From a virus (lineage: Duplodnaviria; Caudoviricetes), in the IMG/VR virus record IMGVR_UViG_3300025127_007751, positions 968 to 64,967 of that record: 64,000 nt of DNA; one strand, 5' to 3'. A program made the position numbers and the translations under genes. Shown here one piece after another: positions 49,801-58,302 of the stretch (its first letter is position 1; each line of letters opens with the position of its first letter). The notes under the pieces were generated by a model that saw only the letters and a program-made list of their open reading frames with translations, was not told where the DNA came from and ran no database searches.

Positions 49801-52016
49801 ACTATTGCTTCTCCAGCACTAAAAGGAGAAGTAGCTGATGATGCTTGTTCACCTATATTTATTGTCCAATAAGTACCTTGGTCTGTTAGATCTGAAATAG
49901 AAAATAATATAAAGTTTTCTTCAGCAAATTTATCAGCCATTCGCATATGACCTTTTACTGCTGAGGTTGAGCTATCTATTGTTTGTAAAAATGATTCAAT
50001 ACTATCACCATCCGCAGTTGTTTGGGAAATGGCTGCAATGGTTGAAGTATTTTGATTTGATTGATTTAATCTTATATCCCCATTCCCTGGGTCCGCACCA
50101 ATATTTGTGTTAGCTTCAAAATCATAATTAAAGGAAGCACCACCAAAGTTACCATCTTGACCTGATGTACCACTTGATCCACTTGTTCCAGAGTTACCTG
50201 ATGAACCACTAGTACCTGAGGAGCCGCTTGTACCAGAATTACCACTTGAACCGGAAGTACCACTTGAACCAGAAGTTCCAGATGAGCCACTTGTACCAGA
50301 ATTACCACTTGAACCAGAAGAACCTGATGTACCAGAATTACCTGAAGAACCTGAAGTACCAGAAGAACCAGAAGTACCATCAGAGCCGTCTCCCCCTGAT
50401 GAACCTGAAGTACCACTTGAACCAGATGTACCAGAATTTCCAGAAGAACCACTTGTGCCACTTGAACCTGATGTTCCTGAATTACCTGATGAGCCACTTG
50501 TACCACTAGATCCTGAAGTACCTGAGTTACCTGAAGAACCACTTGTTCCACTAGAGCCTGATGTTCCTGAAGAACCTGCTCCAGCTGGGCCCTCTATAAT
50601 ATTACCACTAGCGTCTACTTGTAGTGTTTTTGTTGCCGTTCCAGTGTAAGTACCAGAACCATATTCATTAAATATTATTTGACCAGTATCGTTTATAGTA
50701 AAAGCTTGGGTAGCTGAGCCTGCCTCAGTAGATCTATAAGCCCATTGAAGTTTACCATTAGAATCTATTTCTTGAGTCCAAATTTTAACTCCATCCCTTG
50801 ATTGTCTAATACCTGATTTTGCAGCAGTAGAACCACTAAGATGTAATTTACTTCTAGGAGTAAGTGATCCAATACCTAAATTTCCATTATGTGAAAGAAA
50901 CATTTTAGCTGTTACACCATCACTACCAGTAGTAGAAAATTTAATACCACCTAATGAACTGAAATCATCTAAAGGTGAAGAGAAAGTAGTAAAGTTAACA
51001 ACAAAAGTATTTTTTTCATTACTTTCATCATCCCAACCAAATCCAGCTTTATTTACACCATCTTGGACTAAAGTAACTTGAGGATCATAAGTTGTATCAC
51101 TAGAAGTAACAGATATTTGTAAGTTTTTATTATCTGGATCATAATATAAAAATTCATTTAAACTTTCTGTATCAATAACTAATAAATAACCATCATTAAT
51201 TCTTGTATTACCATTAACCCTTAACCTATTACTTGCGTTTATAGCCGTTCCAACTGCCAGATTTGTACCATCAAAAAGTAAATTAGCTTCAGCATTTAGT
51301 TCACCTTGAACTCCAGTTGAAGTTGTTACACGATTATCCCCTAAATTTGTTATTGTTGCAGTTCCACTTGAACCCGAAGAACCTGATGTACCTGAAGAAC
51401 CTGAGGTACCACTTGATCCACTAGTACCAGAGTTACCACTTGAACCAGAAGTTCCACTAGAACCACTAGTTCCAGAATTACCACTAGATCCTGAAGTACC
51501 ACTAGATCCAGAAGAGCCACTTGTTCCGCTTGAACCAGAAGTACCAGAGTTACCTGAGGAACCACTTGTTCCACTTGAACCTGATGTTCCGGAAGAACCT
51601 GCTCCTGCTGGTCCTTCTATTATATTTCCAGAAGAATCAACTTGTAATGTTTTAGTAGCTGTACCAGTATAAGTTCCTGATCCGTATTTGTTGAATTTTA
51701 TTTGACCACTATTTAATATTTGTTGACTAGTATCATTATTAGTTTCAAAATCAATATCCGAACTTAATTCTAATTTAGAACCATCCGAGTTATTGGTCTC
51801 AAGTGCTATATTACCTACGTTATTTATTAAATTTGCATCACCACCTGGTTCAAGAACAAGTTTATTAAAATCTGTTGGTGAATCAATATCAGTTCCTATT
51901 ACTGCGTTAGCGGAACTACCACCGGTGTAAGAAGAAGCTGTAACTTGGCCAGTTACATTTAGAGTATTTAAGTGAGCGTCAGAACCGCTAGTTATTACTT
52001 TTTTCCAATTTGGCAT
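46851..52016 (-). CDS. long fibre protein with multiple Ser/Thr-rich collagen-like (Gly-X-Y) segments
   Basis: Five SGTSGSSGNSGT repeat blocks separated by beta-rich globular modules. Confidence 0.8.
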   Translation of the reverse strand: MPNWKKVITSGSDAHLNTLNVTGQVTASSYTGGSSANAVIGTDIDSPTDFNKLVLEPGGDANLINNVGNIALETNNSDGSKLELSSDIDFETNNDTSQQILNSGQIKFNKYGSGTYTGTATKTLQVDSSGNIIEGPAGAGSSGTSGSSGTSGSSGNSGTSGSSGTSGSSGSSGTSGSSGNSGTSGSSGTSGSSGNSGTSGSSGTSGSSGTSGSSGSSGTATITNLGDNRVTTSTGVQGELNAEANLLFDGTNLAVGTAINASNRLRVNGNTRINDGYLLVIDTESLNEFLYYDPDNKNLQISVTSSDTTYDPQVTLVQDGVNKAGFGWDDESNEKNTFVVNFTTFSSPLDDFSSLGGIKFSTTGSDGVTAKMFLSHNGNLGIGSLTPRSKLHLSGSTAAKSGIRQSRDGVKIWTQEIDSNGKLQWAYRSTEAGSATQAFTINDTGQIIFNEYGSGTYTGTATKTLQVDASGNIIEGPAGAGSSGTSGSSGTSGSSGNSGTSGSSGTSGSSGNSGTSGSSGTSGSSGNSGTSGSSGTSGSSGGDGSDGTSGSSGTSGSSGNSGTSGSSGSSGNSGTSGSSGTSGSSGTSGSSGNSGTSGSSGTSGSSGNSGTSGSSGTSGQDGNFGGASFNYDFEANTNIGADPGNGDIRLNQSNQNTSTIAAISQTTADGDSIESFLQTIDSSTSAVKGHMRMADKFAEENFILFSISDLTDQGTYWTINIGEQASSATSPFSAGEAIVVSFVVTGDKGDSGTSGSSGTSGSSGTSGSSGSSGNSGTSGSSGSSGNSGTSGSSGTSGSSGTSGSSGNSGTSGSSGTSGSSGNSGTSGSSGTSGSSGNSGTSGSSGTSGSSGTSGSSGSSGSAIIYNNINNRVTTATGIAGELNAEAKLTFDGTNLNMTGSLNLSGSQKITYERDSFDTLAGLKIYDSEFETSNTGGIISFSSNRNSTTNEIERAQIGGFAESGAASSEDGYFKVSTMNSSGTLVEALRLASTQQLKLNGYGSGNFTGTAAKTLQVDSSGNVIEGPAGAGSSGTSGSSGTSGSSGNTGTSGSSGTSGSSGNSGTSGSSGTSGSSGGDGSPGTSGSSGTSGSSGNSGTSGSSGTSGSSGGDGSDGTSGSSGTSGSSGNSGTSGSSGTSGSSGTSGSSGGDGTSGSSGTSGSSGGSGTSGSSGTSGSSGNSGTSGSSGTSGSSGTSGSSGTSGSSGSSGLPKFIFESEFDGYSTGSPSNQSSGEFQFGSTSNNDNSTINSLRISKENINNASIANILSSIGTNNVKLGLYKVSSPTSFIVLNVTANASYSSNTQILTCTTDSSTGSGAIFSDGDAIGFILSGNNGTSGSSGSSGNSGTSGSSGTSGSSGGDGSDGTSGSSGTSGSSGGDGTSGSSGTSGSSGGDGNPGTSGSSGTSGSSGTSGSSGGDGNPGTSGSSGTSGSSGTSGSSGTVTLSGTTDNGILTLNGSSPNVTVESSTLSGGVLTLTNAGGFAAVEVGGSSGGFIDFKAPASDDYDLRIIHSSGGNEITTNSGALKINTNNTPAMEVLNTAVKFNGYSFAASGSSFPTGQQNNNGTVNTLGVNTSGEVVRDMMESTYTFPRSTIIAGGSQNLMSNPGSNLFCVITETFFLCKMNPGSGTLPTTSGNIVVRQGTVNNSSNTVSQVPATTINQWLQLEGQTNTFAMYYRDIPLQQRVYSENTDTTIFFGSGLSNLGTRCISIAVKLRYKIFDGSSF

Positions 52017-52024
52017 ATCTATTC

Positions 52025-52075
52025 TATTAGGTTGGCTACTGTTTTATCAGTCCACTTCCCTTACGGGCCTTAATA
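52025..52075 (-). ncRNA. candidate structured 5'-UTR RNA (three-way junction with GNRA tetraloop)
   Basis: TATTA(A)GG[CCC-GTAA-GGG]AAG[TGG-ACTG-ATAAAA-CAGT-AG-CCA]A-CCTAATA; GC-rich island in an AT-rich spacer. Confidence 0.45.
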
Positions 52076-52104
52076 TTTGTTATAAATATATTTAGATTTT
52101 TAAT

Positions 52105-52287
52105 CTATTTAGGAATAGGTGGTTTTTTTTCAATTTCTTCCTTTTTTTCTATATTTTGAATTTTGGTAATTAATTTAGCTTGAAGCATGCCTATAAACAT
52201 TGCATCAATTCCAGTAATTGGAATATAATCTAATGCTTTTCTTAAGGCTCTTAGTTCTCTAAGACTTAATTTTTGCAAATTATACAT
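52105..52287 (-). CDS. small hypothetical protein
   Basis: 60 aa ORF between fibre genes. Confidence 0.6.
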   Translation of the reverse strand: MYNLQKLSLRELRALRKALDYIPITGIDAMFIGMLQAKLITKIQNIEKKEEIEKKPPIPK

Positions 52288-52289
52288 AA

Positions 52290-52520
52290 CTATTTATTTA
52301 ATTCTTTAAATTTTTCTTGTAATTTTAAAGTTGTATTGTAACAAATTTCTACATATTCACCTTTAAATAAACTGTTTTTAATTGTTACTAATAGAAATTC
52401 TAATTCTCGTGCTGTTAATTCGACGTCAATAGTAGGTGGTTCAGATTTTTTTGTCTTGCCACCTACTACTAAATTTTTAGTATTAAAACTCATAAACCAA
52501 TTTAATATTTTATAAAACAA
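52290..52520 (-). CDS. small hypothetical protein
   Basis: 76 aa ORF between fibre genes. Confidence 0.6.
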   Translation of the reverse strand: MFYKILNWFMSFNTKNLVVGGKTKKSEPPTIDVELTARELEFLLVTIKNSLFKGEYVEICYNTTLKLQEKFKELNK

Positions 52521-52531
52521 TTTTTAATATA

Positions 52532-53551
52532 TTAAGAATATATAAAGATGTCTTGTGATGATGAAACAAAAATATTACCCTTTTTAACATATTGTGAGGC
52601 AATAGTTCCTGTTTGATCAGCACCACTTCCACCTACTACTACAGCTGCCATAAATGCATCTGGTGTAAATGCTGCTGAGCCATCTCCAGCGTCAAACGAT
52701 GAAGTAACTGCCCATCTTGTTGTACCTGCATCGTATGCAAATAATTCACCTTTATCTTGTGTTGTTTGTTGTACAACTATACCACCATCTCCAACTGTAG
52801 TTGAACCAGAAGCTAATAGTACAAACCTATCCTTAACTAATAAATTTTCTGTATTTCTAAATGAGGCAGTACCATCAACAGTTAAATCATGAGTAATAAT
52901 AACATCACCTGTAACTGTTAATAATCCATTACCATCGGAACCTCCCGCACTAGCAAAAGTTAAATTTTCTTCAGCATTTAACTCTCCTGGGGTACCTGTT
53001 GAAGTAGTTACTCTATCATTTCCTTCATTAGTAATAGTAGCAGCACCACTAGAACCTGAAGAACCACTTGAACCACTTGTACCAGAAGAACCACTTGTTC
53101 CTGAGTTACCACTTGAACCTGAGGTACCACTTGAACCACTTGTTCCTGCAGCACCAGAAGAACCTGAGGTACCACTTGAACCAGAAGTACCGTCATCACC
53201 AGCTTCACCAGAAGAACCACTAGTTCCAGAAGAACCACTTGTACCAGAAGAACCAGAAGTACCAGAATCACCTGAAGATCCACTTGTACCACTTGAACCG
53301 GAAGTACCAGAATTACCTGAAGAACCTGAAGTACCACTTGAACCACTTGTTCCCGAATTACCTGAAGAACCTGATGTACCTGAAGAGCCACTTGTACCCG
53401 AAGATGCAGCGTTTTCTCTTGTACCAACTACACCTGAGGGGTTAATTGTTAGTACTGTGTCTTCACTGCCTTGTGTTGATAAATTAGATAGGGATAATTG
53501 AGCTAATTCAGCATTAGATCCACTAACTATTACTTTTTTCCAATTTGCCAT
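52532..53551 (-). CDS. short fibre protein with Ser/Thr collagen-like repeat
   Basis: MANWKKVIVSGS N-terminus shared with the long fibre; ~115-aa SGTSGS block. Confidence 0.8.
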   Translation of the reverse strand: MANWKKVIVSGSNAELAQLSLSNLSTQGSEDTVLTINPSGVVGTRENAASSGTSGSSGTSGSSGNSGTSGSSGTSGSSGNSGTSGSSGTSGSSGDSGTSGSSGTSGSSGTSGSSGEAGDDGTSGSSGTSGSSGAAGTSGSSGTSGSSGNSGTSGSSGTSGSSGSSGSSGAATITNEGNDRVTTSTGTPGELNAEENLTFASAGGSDGNGLLTVTGDVIITHDLTVDGTASFRNTENLLVKDRFVLLASGSTTVGDGGIVVQQTTQDKGELFAYDAGTTRWAVTSSFDAGDGSAAFTPDAFMAAVVVGGSGADQTGTIASQYVKKGNIFVSSSQDIFIYS

Positions 53552-53589
53552 TTTATTTAGAAATTATATTTTATTATACATATATTATT

Positions 53590-53988
53590 TTAACCTAAAC
53601 CCACATAAAAATTATTAGAAGAATAAATAATTCCTCCTTCCTTTGCAGTTGGTAATGAATCAAATTCAATTAATTGTAAAACTCCATCTCCATCGATTTT
53701 AACTCCCTGATTAGTTGTAGAATTTTTAATTAACATTAGGTCATCCGAAGTTGTATCACTTACTTGAAGTCTTGCACCTGCTGAAGCTTCGCCAATACCT
53801 AATCTAGTACCATCAAAAATTAATTTAGGATTACCTTTTATTGTTTCTGTGCCTCCAGTAGCTGTTAATAAATAATTATTAACATTGTTAAGTATAGTTA
53901 AACTACTTCCTCCTCCACCACTACCTTGTTGTTCAGTAGCATAAGAACCAACTTTTAAACTATCTACAAATCTTACGTTATTAGCCAT
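53590..53988 (-). CDS. virion structural / fibre-related protein
   Basis: NNVNNYLLTATG...LIFDGTRLGIG module also present in the fibres. Confidence 0.65.
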   Translation of the reverse strand: MANNVRFVDSLKVGSYATEQQGSGGGGSSLTILNNVNNYLLTATGGTETIKGNPKLIFDGTRLGIGEASAGARLQVSDTTSDDLMLIKNSTTNQGVKIDGDGVLQLIEFDSLPTAKEGGIIYSSNNFYVGLG

Positions 53989-53989
53989 C

Positions 53990-54976
53990 TTAATTTTTTA
54001 ATTCAGTTCCCGGGGTTATATCCGAAATACTTGATACATTACCTATATTATCTCTATTTCTTCTTGTTCTTCCATCTTTTGTTTTAGTTACACCCTCATC
54101 AAAAATTTCTGAGTTTGCTGTTGTTTCCATTTGAACAATAAACTTAGATTTGGAATTAAATTTAGAAATTGAGTGCATTTCTTTTTGTATTGTATCAGGT
54201 ATTATATACCCATATAATCTTATATTAAATGTTCCTTTTACTATTCTATCAGAACCTAAGTTAGATTGTGTTGTTGTTTCAAAACTATCTATAAAGGCTC
54301 TAAATTTAAATCTTTCTGGATTGCCCCAATAAGCATCTGAAGCATATTCACAAGCTTCTATAATTTTATTTAACTGTTCCATATAGTAAGTTTGTATTAA
54401 ACAACTATATTCTAAAGTTAGATAATCAGGCACTGCAACAGCATAGTATTGTTTTGCAGGGATTTTATTATTTATAGCAGAAAAATTACTATAAAAGTTT
54501 TTTGGATTATAAGCTCTTTGAAACGATGCATACAGATTAGGATCATTAGCATCCAATTTATTATATACAGTTCTATTTTTTGTAACTGTATTTCTTTTAG
54601 CTACAATAATAGGTAACATTATTGCACCTTTTTTATCTCTATAATAACCATCTCTTTGAAAAGATTTCCATCTTTCTGGTGATCCATAAATTATTGGTAC
54701 ATTTCTTCTTTCTCCATTTTGATAAACAAATGGTTTAATAACTTCTTTAAAATAAAAAAATACGGCTTCATCTATATCTTTTAATCCAATAGAAAAGGGT
54801 TTTGATGTATCATTTTTCCAAGATAATTTTTCGGATCTATTGAATGGAATACCAGTTTCATTTTCATTAGTAGGTAATGGAATATTAGGATTACCATATC
54901 TTGGATCAGTAGGCCTTTGTTGGTCTATACTAATTTGCTTTTGTGTTTTAGGTATTGGTTTTCTTATTCTTGCCAT
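53990..54976 (-). CDS. tail completion/terminator protein (gp15-like)
   Basis: VPIIYGSPERWK, LPII, PDYLTLEYS; follows neck genes. Confidence 0.65.
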   Translation of the reverse strand: MARIRKPIPKTQKQISIDQQRPTDPRYGNPNIPLPTNENETGIPFNRSEKLSWKNDTSKPFSIGLKDIDEAVFFYFKEVIKPFVYQNGERRNVPIIYGSPERWKSFQRDGYYRDKKGAIMLPIIVAKRNTVTKNRTVYNKLDANDPNLYASFQRAYNPKNFYSNFSAINNKIPAKQYYAVAVPDYLTLEYSCLIQTYYMEQLNKIIEACEYASDAYWGNPERFKFRAFIDSFETTTQSNLGSDRIVKGTFNIRLYGYIIPDTIQKEMHSISKFNSKSKFIVQMETTANSEIFDEGVTKTKDGRTRRNRDNIGNVSSISDITPGTELKN

Positions 54977-55506
54977 TAAAATCTTTCTTTAAAAGGTGAA
55001 ATTGCCACTTTATCAGCTGGTATATAATAAGTTGAACATAATATGGATAAATTAGACCCAAATAGCTGTAAGTTTGGGTTTAAAGGATTTGGAGTTCCAT
55101 CAGAGTTATTATTAGGATAATCAGGATTTTTACCACTAAAATATTGGTTAGCTACCGTACTTTGTACTCCATAATAAGCTTCTTGATATAATACTATATC
55201 ACCAACTTCTGGGACTATGTTAGCATCAACTAAATCATCTCTTAAAAAATAAAAATCAATTCCCTGTTGAAATTGTATTCCTTCTTCATCTTCCGGAAAT
55301 GATTCATCTTGTCTATTAATTAAACAATTAAATAAAAAGGGCCCATTATAAAATTTTTCTTCAGCTGCTTCACCATAAATGTTTACTTTAGTTTCTTCTA
55401 ACTTAAATTGATAAAAAGCTGCCTGTTGGGTAATTACATTACCCATCAATTCTCTATTAACAGTCCTTATGAGAGATACATCTCTCTGTCTTGCAAACAT
55501 TGCCAT
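54976..55506 (-). CDS. head closure/neck protein (gp14-like)
   Basis: NIYGEA, IVPEVGDIV; position. Confidence 0.6.
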   Translation of the reverse strand: MAMFARQRDVSLIRTVNRELMGNVITQQAAFYQFKLEETKVNIYGEAAEEKFYNGPFLFNCLINRQDESFPEDEEGIQFQQGIDFYFLRDDLVDANIVPEVGDIVLYQEAYYGVQSTVANQYFSGKNPDYPNNNSDGTPNPLNPNLQLFGSNLSILCSTYYIPADKVAISPFKERF

Positions 55507-55507
55507 A

Positions 55508-56686
55508 TTATCCTATATAAATTACTCTTGGTACTTGATCTAATTCCCTTAAAACAGCTTCCTGTTCTTTTACTCTTCTTTCCAATACATTAGCTCTAGA
55601 TGTTTCATCAAAATAAGCTCTTAATCTTTCTAATAAAGCTGTTTTTTCGGCTGTGGCAGCTGCTAGTAAATCAGCTTGATTTAAAGTCATATCAGCATTA
55701 GGAATTGGTATTGTACTATATTTACCTCTAACATATCCTAAAATTTCTTTACATAAAGCTAATGTATACTCAAATATCCATTGTCTACCAACTGAATTAA
55801 TCAACCTATAAACTGGGTTTTGGTAGGGCATATTAGACACATTTGTAATTTCATTACAAGCTGGTATTATACTGCTACTAATTCGCTCATTTCTTTCTAT
55901 ATATTCAAAAAATAAATTACCACATGAACCATCAAAAGCTATTCTTCCATCTAAAACACCAGGTATTGGAAAAATTCTAATTACATTATTATGTATTTCA
56001 AATGAATAATTAGACATTCTAACCATTTCATTCATCTCCAATTGTTGAATGATTTGTATATCATAATTTAGGGGCATCATTAAATAACCCAAACCTTCAG
56101 AAGCAAAACCACCTACACCCATAACTCCAGCAGCCATTGCGCCTCCAAAACCAAAACTATCAAAAGGATTTAAATATAAGGCTGAAGCTGGTAATGGGTT
56201 TTGGTAAAATACTCTTTTTATTTCAATACTACCTGTTATGCCTTGTTCCTTAGCCCAAATTTTCAAATCATAATCTTGAACACTAGCACTTAATGGAATA
56301 CTCCCTTTATACCACGTTATATTACCGCCAACTCCTGCTTCTTCACCATATTGCTCGGATAATCTAACTATTTCTTCAAAATTGGGTTGTACAATAACTT
56401 CATTAAGGTTAATATTTTCATAAGGCAAACCTTTTAAATCTAAAATATTTTCTCTAATTAAATAAGCATAGAGTTCATTTCCGTAAGTTGTAATAGCTTC
56501 TTCAAAAGCAGTAAAAAATGAACTTGATTGAAGTTCAATATCCATTAAAGGATAACCTAATCTTGTAGCACAAAATTTAGTTACTTTAATACAATCTTCT
56601 TGAAATTCAACATCATTGTTATAAAATCCAAATGGTACAGCTTTAGGATTCCAAATTGGATCACCATCATAAATTGGAATATTCAT
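55508..56686 (-). CDS. neck/head-tail adaptor protein (gp13-like)
   Basis: RLGYPLMDIEL, WIFEYTLALCKEILG.VRGKY, TLNQ..L, C-terminal IYIG. Confidence 0.75.
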   Translation of the reverse strand: MNIPIYDGDPIWNPKAVPFGFYNNDVEFQEDCIKVTKFCATRLGYPLMDIELQSSSFFTAFEEAITTYGNELYAYLIRENILDLKGLPYENINLNEVIVQPNFEEIVRLSEQYGEEAGVGGNITWYKGSIPLSASVQDYDLKIWAKEQGITGSIEIKRVFYQNPLPASALYLNPFDSFGFGGAMAAGVMGVGGFASEGLGYLMMPLNYDIQIIQQLEMNEMVRMSNYSFEIHNNVIRIFPIPGVLDGRIAFDGSCGNLFFEYIERNERISSSIIPACNEITNVSNMPYQNPVYRLINSVGRQWIFEYTLALCKEILGYVRGKYSTIPIPNADMTLNQADLLAAATAEKTALLERLRAYFDETSRANVLERRVKEQEAVLRELDQVPRVIYIG

Positions 56687-56712
56687 ATTTAATTTATTTT
56701 ATTATAAATATG

Positions 56713-56738
56713 AAAAAAAAGACCTCAAATTGAGGCCT
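56713..56738 (-). terminator. intrinsic terminator
   Basis: AGGCCTCA-ATT-TGAGGTCT followed by T-run. Confidence 0.75.
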
Positions 56739-56765
56739 AATTTATATTTTGAAAATCAATTAATT

Positions 56766-57617
56766 TTAAATTGATATTTTTAAAGTTCCACCATCATTAT
56801 AAACTTGACCTACAACACCAGGGTCTGAAGTTGGTAAACCTGACATAAATAAAACTTGACCTGCACTAGCAGTTATATTTAAACTACCAGTTATTTCCAC
56901 TGCTGTTTTATTGGTTCCTATTCCTAGTGATCCATGTTTAAATCTTGAAGGTTCTTCTAAACTTGAAGTTACTTGTAAGCTACCACTTAATCTCATTGTA
57001 TGGCCCGCAGTTAAATTCTTACCGGAAAATTCACTACTATTTCCTTTAACTTCAAAAGCATTAGCATTTACACCATTTCCAACTAAAGAATTGGATCCAG
57101 TTATTCTTAAACTACCAGTTATTCTTACTTCAACACCTTGACTAGCTGCAGCAAAAGCAGAACCAGATGGTATAACTGTAAAAGCTCTAGAACCTGATAC
57201 ATGTGTTGTTTCTGTTGGGCCACCACTTGAAGTATACCAGAAAGTAACTTCATTTTGTATTGAATCTTGACCTAATTGAGTTTGTGCACTATGAACTACA
57301 CCTGAGCCACTTACATTTCCTATATTATTTTGGTTTAGTGTAGCTAAAGCACTTGTACCATCAGTAAATACAATTGAGTCAGGAGAAACAAATAAATCTT
57401 TAAATGGATTAGTAACCGAACCTAATGTGGCAGCTGCTTCAGTAGGTATAATACTACCAGATATACCCATGCTTCCACTTACTATTAAACTACTTGAAAC
57501 AATAAGTGAACCACTTATTTCATGTGAACCAGTAAAAAATCTAAAATTATTATCTAATTCTTCTATTGTTAAAGCCGAACCTTTTCCGTCTGATCCTGTT
57601 CTGAATGTTAATGCCAT
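56766..57617 (-). CDS. virion fibre/decoration protein with (I/L)(S/T)GSLx(V/I) beta repeats
   Basis: KGSALTIEELDNNF N-terminus, repeated ITGSL, C-terminal LPTSDPGVVGQVYNDGGTLKIS. Confidence 0.7.
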   Translation of the reverse strand: MALTFRTGSDGKGSALTIEELDNNFRFFTGSHEISGSLIVSSSLIVSGSMGISGSIIPTEAAATLGSVTNPFKDLFVSPDSIVFTDGTSALATLNQNNIGNVSGSGVVHSAQTQLGQDSIQNEVTFWYTSSGGPTETTHVSGSRAFTVIPSGSAFAAASQGVEVRITGSLRITGSNSLVGNGVNANAFEVKGNSSEFSGKNLTAGHTMRLSGSLQVTSSLEEPSRFKHGSLGIGTNKTAVEITGSLNITASAGQVLFMSGLPTSDPGVVGQVYNDGGTLKISI

Positions 57618-57647
57618 GTTTTATTAAATTAAATTTTATTATAAATA

Positions 57648-58193
57648 TTAAGAGGAACCTACAAGGTACTCTATTCTAACGTTTTCCTTATTGGCTTTAG
57701 CTTTTATACTATATAAAGAAGCAAAAGAAGAAAAATATTGCAAATCTACATAACCTTCAACTACATAATCATAATAATTAGAGCTATCAAATTGGGCATT
57801 AGAAAGCATTATAGATTTACCTGGGTCTAATCTAAATATACCTTCATCACCGGAACCTACATTATCGGAATTAGGTGAATCTGAGTCAGGACTATTTTGT
57901 ACTAAATATAAAGATACATAATTATTTTTATCTAAATTAGTAAATCTTAAATACTTAACTGTATCTCTTACAAATGAACCTGCTACTTGAGATGATTCAT
58001 CATCTACAAATCTTAATAATTCTACTCCTGTTTTTTCAAATGTTGTTGATATTGTATCAACACGCCTAACTAATTGACAAACTCCAGGAATAATTACTCT
58101 ATTAAATGCTTGTTCTAAATTACCATTTGGTAATTCAATGCTTTCTTGAATTACAACAGAAAGTGATCCAGTAGGGTTACAAATTGATGCCAT
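57648..58193 (-). CDS. hypothetical structural protein
   Basis: ORF after MCP terminator with its own promoter-like motif. Confidence 0.65.
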   Translation of the reverse strand: MASICNPTGSLSVVIQESIELPNGNLEQAFNRVIIPGVCQLVRRVDTISTTFEKTGVELLRFVDDESSQVAGSFVRDTVKYLRFTNLDKNNYVSLYLVQNSPDSDSPNSDNVGSGDEGIFRLDPGKSIMLSNAQFDSSNYYDYVVEGYVDLQYFSSFASLYSIKAKANKENVRIEYLVGSS

Positions 58194-58245
58194 ATATTTT
58201 GGTTATAAATATGAGGTTTATTGTTATAATTATAAATATAAAAAC

Positions 58246-58275
58246 AAAAAAAAAGCCCGACTAAAAAGCCGGGCT
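58246..58275 (-). terminator. intrinsic terminator after MCP
   Basis: AGCCCGGCT-TTTT-AGTCGGGCT followed by long T-run. Confidence 0.85.
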
Positions 58276-58302
58276 AATTTATTGCTAATTAAATATATCT
58301 AA

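Noticed and set aside
52040-52056. Hammerhead ribozyme (CTGATAA resembles the CUGAUGA core)
   Set aside because: The core is imperfect and the GAAA and cleavage-site elements are missing
47700-53400. Tandem DNA repeats as a CRISPR array or DGR
   Set aside because: In-frame 9/18-bp coding repeats with synonymous variation; no spacers, cas genes or reverse transcriptase
47699-53445. Many overlapping ORFs rich in V/L/Q, H/L/Y or P/E/V
   Set aside because: Alternative-frame and antisense shadows of the SGTSGS repeats
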